Source: an uncultured Clostridia bacterium
GTDB lineage: Bacteria > Bacillota > Clostridia > Lachnospirales > CAG-274
DNA: 64,000 nt
Assembly: GCA_944384195.1 (NCBI GenBank)
Contig: CALWSK010000003.1
Coordinates: 74,826-138,825, forward strand
Reading direction: 5' to 3'
The stretch's first letter is position 1. Every line of letters starts with the position of its first letter. Below are positions 28,040-37,245 of this stretch, in pieces. The translations under genes and the position numbers were made by a program. The notes below the pieces were generated by a model. That model was not told where the DNA came from. It saw only the letters and a program-made list of their open reading frames with translations, and searched no databases.

Positions 28040-29296
28040 TTGGATTCTGCCAGTTTGCAGCTAATTATTTTAATCATTTTAATTTTTCTTTCCGCTTTTT
28101 TCTCTATGTCAGAAACAGCCCTTACGTCTATAAGCAAAATTAGACTTAGGACTATGGTAGATGAAAACGTCAAAAATGCTGCGATTATTCAAAAAGTTTT
28201 AGAAGAACCCGACAAACTTCTTAGCGCCATACTAATAGGCAATAACCTCGTAAATATCGGTGCATCCTCTATAGCTACTGCCCTTGCTATAGATAAATTC
28301 CAAAATCAAGGTGTTGGTATAGCTACTGGTATTTTAACTGTAGTAATTCTTATTTTTGGTGAAATTACTCCAAAAACTTTTGCTACTAAAAACGCTGAAA
28401 AAATTTCTCTACTAGTTATTAATATAATTCGTCTTTGTATGTTCATCTTCACCCCTATAATCTTTTTACTAAATATAATTACTGGCTTTTTATTAAGACT
28501 CCTAGGTGTAAAAAAAGATGAAAAAACTCCTACTATAACAGAATCAGAGCTTATAACAATGGTAAATGTTAGCCACGAAGAAGGTGTTTTAGAAATAGAC
28601 GAAAGAGAAATGATAAATAATGTTGTAGATTTTAGTAACAATGATGCATCTGATGTTATGATTCCTAGGACAGATATTGTAGCAGTTGATATAAATCTTT
28701 CTTATAAAGAGCTAACTAGGGTTTTTAAAGAAGAAACTTTCTCTAGACTTCCTGTTTATGATGGCTCTATAGACAATGTAGTTGGTGTTATATCTTTAAA
28801 AGATTTACTCTTTATAGATGATATAGAAAGCTTTTCTATTAAAAAATATATGCGTGAACCATTTTTCACATATGAGTCTAAATCTCTTAAAGAACTTTTT
28901 GCCACTATGAGAGCAGATAGAACTCCTATGGCTATAGTCCTTGATGAATATGGTGGAACTTCTGGCATAATTACAATAGAAGATATGCTAGAAGAAATAG
29001 TAGGAGATTTAGCTGATGAATATGACACGCACGATGACGAAATTATAGCAATTCAAGAAAACGAATTTTTAGTAGATGGCACTACAAAAATAGAGGATGT
29101 AAATGAAACTTTAGGAACTAATTTTCAATCTGAAGATTTTGATTCTATAGGAGGATTTGTTATAGAAGCTTTTGGCAACTTTCCAAATAATCTAGATTCT
29201 ATTGTTATAGATGATACAAAGTTAATTGTTGAGGATATAGAAAAAAATAGAATTGAAAAAATAAGAATATTAAAGCATTTTAAATCTTTAGAATAA
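28040..29296 (+). CDS. HlyC/CorC (CNNM) family protein: DUF21, CBS pair and CorC domain
   Basis: SAFFSMSETA, GEITPK, MIPRTDI, FSRLPVY, VLDEYGGTSGIITIEDMLEEIVG. Confidence 0.92.
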   Translation: MDSASLQLIILIILIFLSAFFSMSETALTSISKIRLRTMVDENVKNAAIIQKVLEEPDKLLSAILIGNNLVNIGASSIATALAIDKFQNQGVGIATGILTVVILIFGEITPKTFATKNAEKISLLVINIIRLCMFIFTPIIFLLNIITGFLLRLLGVKKDEKTPTITESELITMVNVSHEEGVLEIDEREMINNVVDFSNNDASDVMIPRTDIVAVDINLSYKELTRVFKEETFSRLPVYDGSIDNVVGVISLKDLLFIDDIESFSIKKYMREPFFTYESKSLKELFATMRADRTPMAIVLDEYGGTSGIITIEDMLEEIVGDLADEYDTHDDEIIAIQENEFLVDGTTKIEDVNETLGTNFQSEDFDSIGGFVIEAFGNFPNNLDSIVIDDTKLIVEDIEKNRIEKIRILKHFKSLE

Positions 29297-29323
29297 AAAG
29301 AGCCTTAAACAAGGCTCTTTTTT
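29295..29323. terminator. bidirectional intrinsic terminator
   Basis: AAAAAGAGCCTT-AAAC-AAGGCTCTTTTT. Confidence 0.85.
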
Positions 29324-29330
29324 ATTTTAG

Positions 29331-29855
29331 TTAGGAAACAAATTCTCTAGAAATACGCTTCCTTTTAACTATAGCATTATATTTTTGGAAAATAACTTCA
29401 GCAACTGCACAATATTTATCTGCAAAACTAAGAATATAGCTTTCTTTATACTTAGGAAAAGCCTCAGATAAAGGCCACATATGATTTACAATAGAATCTT
29501 TTTCTATTTCATTTAGTTCAAACAAGAGCTGGGCATTTTTAAGAGCTTCTTTAGGATGATGAAACGCGTGATGTTGCTTAGTTTTTACTTTTCTCCAATC
29601 GTATAAATATAAATCATGGAGCATACCTGCTCTAGCAACAGATCTAGCATCTAATCCTCTTTTTTTAGCCCATAAAAATCCATAATAAGCAACATTTAAA
29701 CTATGTTGTAATCTACTAGTGTTACAATGTTGTACGTAATTATCAAGTTCTTTTACTTCGTCTAATTCTAATATATCTTCAATGCATTGCATAAATTCCT
29801 TAGCTAAATCATCATAATTGTCTGTAAGTCTTCTTTTAGACCATATAGCTTTCAT
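29331..29855 (-). CDS. HD-domain phosphohydrolase
   Basis: RLQHSLNV, GMLHDLYLYDW, HAFHHP, HMWPL, ADK. Start probably ATG 29855 (SD AGGATGTG); the track uses 29870. Confidence 0.82.
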   Translation of the reverse strand: MKAIWSKRRLTDNYDDLAKEFMQCIEDILELDEVKELDNYVQHCNTSRLQHSLNVAYYGFLWAKKRGLDARSVARAGMLHDLYLYDWRKVKTKQHHAFHHPKEALKNAQLLFELNEIEKDSIVNHMWPLSEAFPKYKESYILSFADKYCAVAEVIFQKYNAIVKRKRISREFVS

Positions 29856-30009
29856 TAAGTTTATACACATCCTTTTTATTCTATACTTATATACTATGAT
29901 ATTATTATATCAATTTATTTTTGAAATGGCAATACATTTTTATAGTAATTTATAAGATTTTATATACATATTTATATTATAACATTTATATTTTAGGAGG
30001 ATTGCTTAT

Positions 30010-31242
30010 ATGGCTAATAATACTAGTATTGGATATTTAACATTTAGTGTTTTTGACTATTCAATAGCAAAACCTTTAAGAGGAGCAAAAATAGTAATAA
30101 GTAATGAAAAAGAAAGTTTAATGACATTATTTACAAATGAATCTGGAAAAACAAATAAAATTTCCCTAGAAACCCCACCTATAGAATATTCTTTAGAAAA
30201 AGATAATCAAAATATTCCTTATGCTGCTTATAATGCTACTATTACTGCTGATGGATACGAAGAAGAAATAATAAATGGCATTCAAGTTTATGCCGACACA
30301 GAATCTATTCAAGATATAAATATGAAACCTCTAGAGAGCAGAAATCAAGTAGAAGAAATAAATATACCAGCCCCAACTATCTTTGGAGATTATCCAAATA
30401 AAATACCAGAAGCAGAAGAAAAACCTATTCCAAAAGAATCTGGTTTTGTAGTTTTAGATAGAGTAGTTATTCCAGAATTTATAGTAGTACACGATGGAGA
30501 TCCAAATGACAACTCTGCTCCTAACTACTGGGTTCCTTATAAAGATTATATAAAAAATGTAGCTTCTAGTGAAATATATTGTACTTGGCCAGATTCTGCA
30601 ATAAGAGCTAATGTTCTTGCTATAAATTCTTTTACATTAAATAGAGTATATACGGAGTGGTATCGATCTAGAGGGAAAAATTTTACCATCACAAATTCTA
30701 CAAAATTTGACCAATTTTTTGTGTATGGAAGAAATATATTTGAAACTATAAGTATAATAGTAGATGAAATGTTTACTACTTATATAAAAAGACCAAATCA
30801 ACGCCAACCTTTACTCACGCAATATTGCGACGGCGGTAGAGTAAGTTGTCCAAATTGGCTTAGCCAATGGGGTAGCAAAACGTTAGCAGAACAAGGCTAT
30901 AGCACTATGCAAATATTAAGATACTATTATGGTAATGATATAACTTTAGATACAGCGGAAAAAGTAAGCGGTGTTCCTTCATCATATCCAGGCTCCCCTC
31001 TAGAGCTTGGTTCTAAAGGAGAAGATGTAAGAACTATACAAAATCAACTAAATTCTATCTCTAATAATTACCCTGCTATAAATAAAGTTCGTGCCGATGG
31101 AATATATGGAGAACAAACAAGAAACTCTGTTATAACATTCCAAAATATTTTTAATATGCCAGCATCTGGAATAGTAGATTTTTCTACTTGGTATGAAATA
31201 TCAAAAGTATTTGTAGCAGTAGAAAGAATAGGAGAACTATAA
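30010..31242 (+). CDS. sleC: spore cortex-lytic enzyme SleC-like (SpoIID-type catalytic domain plus PG-binding domain)
   Basis: IVVHDGDP, YKDYIKNVASSEIY, RVYTEWYRSRG, QYCDG...CPNWLSQWGS, ILRYYYG, C-terminal PG-binding repeat (DGIYGEQT). Confidence 0.85.
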   Translation: MANNTSIGYLTFSVFDYSIAKPLRGAKIVISNEKESLMTLFTNESGKTNKISLETPPIEYSLEKDNQNIPYAAYNATITADGYEEEIINGIQVYADTESIQDINMKPLESRNQVEEINIPAPTIFGDYPNKIPEAEEKPIPKESGFVVLDRVVIPEFIVVHDGDPNDNSAPNYWVPYKDYIKNVASSEIYCTWPDSAIRANVLAINSFTLNRVYTEWYRSRGKNFTITNSTKFDQFFVYGRNIFETISIIVDEMFTTYIKRPNQRQPLLTQYCDGGRVSCPNWLSQWGSKTLAEQGYSTMQILRYYYGNDITLDTAEKVSGVPSSYPGSPLELGSKGEDVRTIQNQLNSISNNYPAINKVRADGIYGEQTRNSVITFQNIFNMPASGIVDFSTWYEISKVFVAVERIGEL

Positions 31243-31243
31243 A

Positions 31244-31280
31244 AAAATAAAGCATAAGTTAAAAACTTATGCTTTATTTT
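31244..31280. terminator. bidirectional intrinsic terminator with a 16-bp perfect stem
   Basis: AAAATAAAGCATAAGT-TAAAA-ACTTATGCTTTATTTT. Confidence 0.85.
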
Positions 31281-31611
31281 TATTATTAATAAATTGTTCT
31301 ATCTTTATTTTTCTATATTTTTTATATCTAAAAAAAGTTATAATAGATGACACTATACCTATTATAATAGTTAATAATAAAGGTTTTATAATATTAAATA
31401 TATTAAGTAGTATATATATCACTTCTAAAGATATTATTTGAGAAAAAACATATACACTTATAATAAAAGTATTTATTTTCTTTCTATTTAAATTTAAAAA
31501 ATATTTATTCAAATTATCTTCAGATTTTTTTAATCGAATAGATTTTATATAAAAAAATAAAAACACTATAGCTAGCAAAAAAAGCCTAGCAAAGGCTAGG
31601 CTAAAAGGCAA
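31267..31611 (-). CDS. orphan membrane protein ORF (about 3 TM segments) directly behind the tRNA; start uncertain, possibly 5'-truncated
   Basis: 114 stop-free codons in very AT-rich DNA, ending inside a convergent terminator; no SD, and the 5' end overlaps the tRNA terminator. Confidence 0.4.
   Translation of the reverse strand: MPFSLAFARLFLLAIVFLFFYIKSIRLKKSEDNLNKYFLNLNRKKINTFIISVYVFSQIISLEVIYILLNIFNIIKPLLLTIIIGIVSSIITFFRYKKYRKIKIEQFINNKNKA
31577..31602 (-). terminator. intrinsic terminator of the tRNA-Arg transcript
   Basis: Minus strand AGCCTAGC-CTTT-GCTAGGCT followed by TTTTTT. Confidence 0.8.
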
Positions 31612-31612
31612 A

Positions 31613-31684
31613 CACTCTCAGTTGGAATCGAACCAACAACTAGCCCTTAGGAGGGGCTTGTTATATCCATTTAACTATGAGAGC
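31613..31684 (-). tRNA. tRNA-Arg (anticodon CCT); CCA not encoded
   Basis: Acceptor stem GCTCTCA/TGAGAGT, D-loop AGTTAAATGGATA, anticodon arm AGCCC-CTCCTAA-GGGCT, T-arm GGTTCGATTCC. Confidence 0.95.
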
Positions 31685-31694
31685 ATACACCTAA

Positions 31695-31723
31695 ATTATA
31701 ACTTAACTTATATTAGATGTCAA
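31695..31723 (-). promoter_or_regulatory. consensus sigma-A promoter for tRNA-Arg
   Basis: TTGACA (31723-31718, inside the last codons of csrA), 17 nt spacer, TATAAT (31700-31695). Confidence 0.8.
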
Positions 31724-31934
31724 ATATATTTTTAATATTTTTAACATCTATATTTAAAATTGCTTCTTTATTTTCATTCATTATCTGTTCAAATATTTCT
31801 TTCCTATATATAGATACATTTCTAGGTGCTTTTATACCAAGTCTAACTTGATCTTTACTAGATTCTATTATAACTATCTCTATATCTTCTCCTATCATAA
31901 TAGAATCTCCTTTTTTTCTAGTCAAAGCTAACAT
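31713..31934 (-). CDS. csrA: carbon storage regulator / translational repressor CsrA
   Basis: MLALTRKKGDSIMIG...VRLGIKAPRNVSIYRKEI; downstream of fliW. Confidence 0.95.
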   Translation of the reverse strand: MLALTRKKGDSIMIGEDIEIVIIESSKDQVRLGIKAPRNVSIYRKEIFEQIMNENKEAILNIDVKNIKNIFDI

Positions 31935-31936
31935 TT

Positions 31937-32383
31937 TTATTCACCACTCTTTTTAATTTCTTTATATATATAATATTTTATAGGATATTCTTCATTACTA
32001 CATATTATCTGCCTTGCCTTATTATTTCTTGTATTTATAATAATTGGCGCTTTTAAATTAATTGTCATATCTTTTATATCTTTAGGTATATTAGCTATAC
32101 AATATATGCATAAATCTTCTTCTTCAAATTCTCCTATTTGAGAAAGCGCTTCTTCTTCAACATTTGGAGAATAATCTTTTATTTTAGAGACTACATCAAA
32201 TAGAGTAAATACTATATCTATATCTTCTATAGATTGTAACCAACAAAAAGGACTTTTCTCATCTTCATCTGTCATAAATACATATCTTTTAAGTTCTTCA
32301 AAGCCAGGTATACCATTTTCAAATAAAATTACTTTATCCTCATCTATCTCCACTTCTCCAAAAAATCTTGTTTTTATCTTCAT
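31937..32383 (-). CDS. fliW: flagellar assembly factor FliW
   Basis: TRFFGE, GIPGFE, WLQS, TINLKAPIIIN. Confidence 0.93.
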   Translation of the reverse strand: MKIKTRFFGEVEIDEDKVILFENGIPGFEELKRYVFMTDEDEKSPFCWLQSIEDIDIVFTLFDVVSKIKDYSPNVEEEALSQIGEFEEEDLCIYCIANIPKDIKDMTINLKAPIIINTRNNKARQIICSNEEYPIKYYIYKEIKKSGE

Positions 32384-32417
32384 ATTTACACCTTCTTTTT
32401 ATTATATCCTATTTTAT

Positions 32418-32439
32418 AAAAGGCATCCAAAGGACGCCT
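32418..32439 (-). terminator. terminator-like hairpin between flgL and fliW
   Basis: Minus strand AGGCGTCC-TTT-GGATGCCT followed by TTT. Confidence 0.6.
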
Positions 32440-32456
32440 AAAAAATAAATAATATA

Positions 32457-33491
32457 CTATCTTAAATAATCTGCCAAAGTAGTTTGAGTTATCTTCATAC
32501 CTACATTTAAAGATGCCATATATGCTGCATTAGCAGTATTAAAATTCATCATAACTTCTGCTATATCAACATCTTCATTTTTACTCATAACTTCTTTATA
32601 ATTCACTTTATCATCTTCTAACCTTTGACCTACAAGCTCCACTCTTTTAGCTCTAACACCAACTTCTGTATCTAATGTTGCTATCTTGCTTTGATAATTA
32701 TCTAAAGTAGTAAGCATTTTAGAAAACATTCCTCTTACATCATTATTAGGATCATTTTCCCATTCAAGTTTTTGTTCTTCAGTCATATTTTCATATTCTG
32801 GAGAATTTAAAAATTCTAAAACTCTCTCAAATTCTGTTGACTTAGCGCCATTTGGTCCTAAATGTGTCCCCCCACGAAGCTCTACATAATCATTTTTATC
32901 ATATATATCAGTAGCAAGTATATTTATAGGAACATTTACTCCAGAACCAACTTGAACCTCTATATATTGTCCATCTATTGGCTCAACTTTAGGATTAGCT
33001 GTAGGATTTCCATAAACTTCTGGATTTTGAATATTTTTACCATTAGCATCTTTTATAATAGGTTTTTTATCTGTTCTAAAACCAGAAAAAAGGCTTCTCC
33101 CCATATAATCACTATTTAGCTCTTGTTCTAATTGCTCTACTAAGGACATATACTCTGTCATAACTTTTTTTCTATCTTCTAAAGTTAAAGTATCATTAGC
33201 CCCACGTGTACAAAGCCCTTTCATATCTGTTATTATATTATTAACATTTATAAAAACTGCCTCTGTAGCATCTAACCAAGATTTAGCATCAGCGTTATTT
33301 TTGCTATACTGTTCTGCTTCAGAAAGCATAGTTCTAAATTTTAAAGAACGCCCAGCTATAATAGGATCATCTGATGCCACTTGTATTTTTTTACCAGTAG
33401 AGGCTTGAGTATTATATTTATTTAAAAGTCCTAAATTTCTACTAACATTTGTCAGAAGCCTATTAGACATCATTGGATTTGTTACTCTCAT
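32457..33491 (-). CDS. flgL: flagellar hook-associated protein 3
   Basis: MRVTN..., STGKKIQVASDDP, C-terminal EDVDIAEV...TLADYLR; downstream of flgK. Confidence 0.92.
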   Translation of the reverse strand: MRVTNPMMSNRLLTNVSRNLGLLNKYNTQASTGKKIQVASDDPIIAGRSLKFRTMLSEAEQYSKNNADAKSWLDATEAVFINVNNIITDMKGLCTRGANDTLTLEDRKKVMTEYMSLVEQLEQELNSDYMGRSLFSGFRTDKKPIIKDANGKNIQNPEVYGNPTANPKVEPIDGQYIEVQVGSGVNVPINILATDIYDKNDYVELRGGTHLGPNGAKSTEFERVLEFLNSPEYENMTEEQKLEWENDPNNDVRGMFSKMLTTLDNYQSKIATLDTEVGVRAKRVELVGQRLEDDKVNYKEVMSKNEDVDIAEVMMNFNTANAAYMASLNVGMKITQTTLADYLR

Positions 33492-33514
33492 ATTATTTCC
33501 TCCTTAACTTAATA

Positions 33515-35074
33515 TTAAACACCAAGTCCATTTATAGTAGTATTATATATCTCATTTATAACATTTATAAGCTTTGAAGAAACTTGATATAGATGCTGAT
33601 ACATAACCATATTAGATATTTCTTCATTAATACTAACAGAAGAAACTTGCATCCTCTGATTTTGTATAGTATCCGTAACATCTTTATAAAAAGCATTAAA
33701 AGAGTTTGCCTGCTTTGTATCTATAGCTAAAGTAGCAGATAAAGTAGAAACAAAAGCATAAGCTCCACCTTCAGCAAATAAGCTCTTATCGTCTTTAAGA
33801 TTTAAAAATCCAAGTATAACTTTATTATTACTAGCTTGTGTGCTATCCGCACTATCAGACATAGCAAGCTTTTTAGGATCATTTTTTACTTCATCAGATA
33901 TTGCAAAATTAAAAGCATCTATATTTTGATAATCATTTTGCGTAAGTGGATTTTTAGTAGCTCCATTAGCTTCTACCATACTAAATAATGGGCCACCTTT
34001 ATCTCCATTCATGTCATAGCCATCTTCATGGCCTATAACTCCATTTAAAGGTGTATCGTCAGAAAGCCTTTTACCAGTATTCATAGCATAAGCCATAGTT
34101 CTACAAAATTCATTTAATTTATTTATATAAAAAGGTATTCCTTTATATTCTCCACCAACAGCTCCATTACTATCTCCATCTCTTAAGTCTATAAGCCCTT
34201 TTATCTCTCCTGTAAGACCTTGAAGATTTAACTTATCTCCCGTATTCCATTGAATATCATAAAGCCCAGGCGAATCATTAGGATGAAGTTCATTAGCTCT
34301 TCTTACACACTCTAGTTGTCTACTTGTATTATGGTCTATAAATTCTTGACCATTTAGCAATATTACATATTTTTTACCAAGTTCCCTATTAGTTCCATCA
34401 TCATACTCTTTTATTTCAACATTTACATACTTAGAAAGTTCATCTACTAAAAGAGCTCTTTGATCTCTAAGTTCTAAAGACATATGTCCATCTATCTCGT
34501 CAGTATATATTTGTTGATTTAAGCTTGCTATTTGATTTCCAATAGAATTTATACGTTCTACAAGAGCATATATATCATCATTTAAGTCTTTTTGTTGTTG
34601 TTGGAGCTTAACTGCGTGATTTCTTATATTAGTAACTAAAGTTTGAGCTGTATTTATAACTTCTGTTCTATATTCTATACTATCTGCCGAAAAAGCAAGA
34701 TTTGATATAGAATCAAAAAAGTCATTTACATTAGAAGTAAGACCCGTTTTAGACACCTCACTTATAGAAGTTTCTATAAGACTAAGTTGACTTGCTTTTT
34801 GTCTATACTCTCCAAGAGTACTATTTTGTAGCCAATATTTTTTATCAAGATATACATCTCTATGTTGACCCACACCATAGACTTCAGTCCCAGTACCAAC
34901 TTGACCAACCCCACTATATCTATCTAAAGGACTACTAGCTTTTTGTTTTATATATTGCCTAGAATATCCCGGAGTAGCTGCATTAGAAACATTATGTGAA
35001 GTTGTTTCAAGCCCTGCTCTTGCCGCAAAAAGCCCCGTTGTTGCTATATTAAATTCAAAAAAAGATGAACCCAT
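33515..35074 (-). CDS. flgK: flagellar hook-associated protein 1, second paralog
   Basis: TGLFAA...HNVSNAATPGYSRQ, LRDQRALLVDELS, SSVSINEEISNMVMYQHLY. Start probably ATG 35074. Confidence 0.9.
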   Translation of the reverse strand: MGSSFFEFNIATTGLFAARAGLETTSHNVSNAATPGYSRQYIKQKASSPLDRYSGVGQVGTGTEVYGVGQHRDVYLDKKYWLQNSTLGEYRQKASQLSLIETSISEVSKTGLTSNVNDFFDSISNLAFSADSIEYRTEVINTAQTLVTNIRNHAVKLQQQQKDLNDDIYALVERINSIGNQIASLNQQIYTDEIDGHMSLELRDQRALLVDELSKYVNVEIKEYDDGTNRELGKKYVILLNGQEFIDHNTSRQLECVRRANELHPNDSPGLYDIQWNTGDKLNLQGLTGEIKGLIDLRDGDSNGAVGGEYKGIPFYINKLNEFCRTMAYAMNTGKRLSDDTPLNGVIGHEDGYDMNGDKGGPLFSMVEANGATKNPLTQNDYQNIDAFNFAISDEVKNDPKKLAMSDSADSTQASNNKVILGFLNLKDDKSLFAEGGAYAFVSTLSATLAIDTKQANSFNAFYKDVTDTIQNQRMQVSSVSINEEISNMVMYQHLYQVSSKLINVINEIYNTTINGLGV

Positions 35075-35129
35075 ATTTTCACTTACCAAAACAAATGTTT
35101 TGGCATTCTCCTTTCATTTTAGTTAAGGC

Positions 35130-36719
35130 TTATATACCTACTCTTCCCGTACCATTTATAATTTTATCCATCATACTATCTATAACATTTACTATCTTAG
35201 CGGCAGAATTATAAGCATGTTGAAATTTTAACATATTAGAAAGTTCTTCATCTAAAGATACTCCAGATAAAGCAAGCCTTTGATTTTGTGCTAAATCTAT
35301 AGTGTTGCTCTTACCTTCTAATTTTTCTCTATCCTCTTGTACTTTTATACCAAAATCTGTTATTATCTTTTTATAATAAGTATCTATAGACTCTCCTTCT
35401 AAAGCATTATCTTGAGTTTTCCAAGCTTTGCTAAGCTCTAATATAATTGTATTATCATGTACATCACCTGTAGCAGAAAATCCTAACATATTATATCCTC
35501 TAGTATCTAAAAGATCTGGATTTATTTCTATATTATTTAAAGTAAATAAAGTATCGTAGTTATTTGGATCTTCTTGTGTACCTTGAGGAGCATTTTTTCT
35601 TATAAATATAGGTACTCCAGCTTGTCCATCTAAACCAAGTCCTTTTGTAGAACTATCATTTAAAAGAGTAACTATCTTATGCATAAGCGTATCCATTTTT
35701 CTTTGAAGCTCTGGAATTAAATAATTTCCCACTTGATCTTGCCCCATAGTATAATTACCAATAGTGTCCCCTCGAGCTACTAAAAGCCCTTTCAAAGAAC
35801 CTTTGGTAGATGAAGAATTAGTTCCTAAATTTTCAGTGCTAAGATTAGGAAAAAGTCTTGTAGAATTATCGCTAGCTGGTAAAATTTCCTTACTGCTTGT
35901 AAATACTGGTTCTACAAAAGGATAATCCCCATTACAATATTTAAGCCCTATAGTATTTGGCAAGTTATCTACTAGTAGCTCTTTTCCTTCCACTAAAATA
36001 TCTACCCTTGTACTAACTCCATTAGGGCAAGCTACTTCTTTAATCTCTATATCAAGATATCCGCTAAGTTCATCTAATACATTATTTCTAGCATCTCTAA
36101 GATCATTAGCTCTGCTTCCATCTGCTTCTGCATCTTGTATTTTTTGGTTTAACTCTGCCACTTGCTTTACAAGATTATTTATGCTATCTACTTCTTTTAC
36201 TACTTGTCCATTTAAATTCATTTGATAGTTATATAAACTATCATTTATATTTTGCATTTTATTTACAAGGCTTACACAACTTTGTATAAAACTAGTCCTT
36301 GTTTCTATAGCAGATGGGTCTTTGCTAAGCTCATTTATATTATTCCATAAATCAGTAAGTACATCTTGCGCCTTATACTCGCTATTTAACTCCCCAATTA
36401 TTATATTCACTTCATCTCCAGCAGTATATTTTCTTGCATAATAATTTCCAGAACTATTTTCTTCTCTATAAGTTATATCATAAAATTTATTTCTTATTTG
36501 TCTTACATGAGCAATATTAGTACCAAGACCGGCTTGTAGCTTGAGGCTACCTATAGCGCTATTTCCTTTATCAATATAGCTAAAATCTTGTTGTATTGCT
36601 TGTTGTCTTACATAGCCTGGAGAGCTAGAGTTAGACACATTATGCCCAGTAACAGATAGTCCCATTTGCGCTGCTCTAAGTCCGCTTACTGCCACACTAA
36701 GAGTAGACATAGATGCCAT
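35130..36719 (-). CDS. flgK: flagellar hook-associated protein 1, first paralog
   Basis: SGLRAAQ...GHNVSN...GYVRQ, DLRDARN...DELS, SGVSLDEELSNMLKFQHAYNSAAK. Confidence 0.92.
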   Translation of the reverse strand: MASMSTLSVAVSGLRAAQMGLSVTGHNVSNSSSPGYVRQQAIQQDFSYIDKGNSAIGSLKLQAGLGTNIAHVRQIRNKFYDITYREENSSGNYYARKYTAGDEVNIIIGELNSEYKAQDVLTDLWNNINELSKDPSAIETRTSFIQSCVSLVNKMQNINDSLYNYQMNLNGQVVKEVDSINNLVKQVAELNQKIQDAEADGSRANDLRDARNNVLDELSGYLDIEIKEVACPNGVSTRVDILVEGKELLVDNLPNTIGLKYCNGDYPFVEPVFTSSKEILPASDNSTRLFPNLSTENLGTNSSSTKGSLKGLLVARGDTIGNYTMGQDQVGNYLIPELQRKMDTLMHKIVTLLNDSSTKGLGLDGQAGVPIFIRKNAPQGTQEDPNNYDTLFTLNNIEINPDLLDTRGYNMLGFSATGDVHDNTIILELSKAWKTQDNALEGESIDTYYKKIITDFGIKVQEDREKLEGKSNTIDLAQNQRLALSGVSLDEELSNMLKFQHAYNSAAKIVNVIDSMMDKIINGTGRVGI

Positions 36720-36733
36720 AATAAAAACCTCCT

Positions 36734-37231
36734 TTATTGTTTTGCATCAAACATTTTTCTGTCTGTTGCGTTTATTTCATTTCCTGACATATCATAATAT
36801 GTAGGCGCTGAATTACTTCTTATTAAGTTCATAGAAAAGTCTACATAATCTATAGACATTTGTAAAAGCTCTTGATTTTGGTCATTTAAAGTCTTAAGCT
36901 TAGGTAAAACTTCTAACATTTCTTCTCTAAGCTCTATTAACTCTTTTTCTCCCTCTTGCCCTTTTATAGTGTCTATAAATTGTTTTAAAGTTATATCTGT
37001 TACATTTTTTCCAAGCACCATAGCTATATCAGAAAAAAGCTCTATCCTCTTTTTCTCAAGCCTTTGATTACGCCCAACTAATAAGTTTTCCTGTTTAACT
37101 AGCTCTTGTAGTTTTTCTATGTTGTTTTCTACAATAAAAACTTTCTTTCTTGAAGCAGAGTCTAAAAGGGATTTATATATTTCATTTTGATTTTTAAGAG
37201 TATCTATAAGTTCTGTAATAAGACTTGCCAA
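36734..37231 (-). CDS. flgN: flagellar export chaperone FlgN
   Basis: Helical 165-aa protein between flgM and flgK with the LKTLNDQNQELL pattern. Confidence 0.85.
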   Translation of the reverse strand: MASLITELIDTLKNQNEIYKSLLDSASRKKVFIVENNIEKLQELVKQENLLVGRNQRLEKKRIELFSDIAMVLGKNVTDITLKQFIDTIKGQEGEKELIELREEMLEVLPKLKTLNDQNQELLQMSIDYVDFSMNLIRSNSAPTYYDMSGNEINATDRKMFDAKQ

Positions 37232-37245
37232 AAAATCACCTCAAA

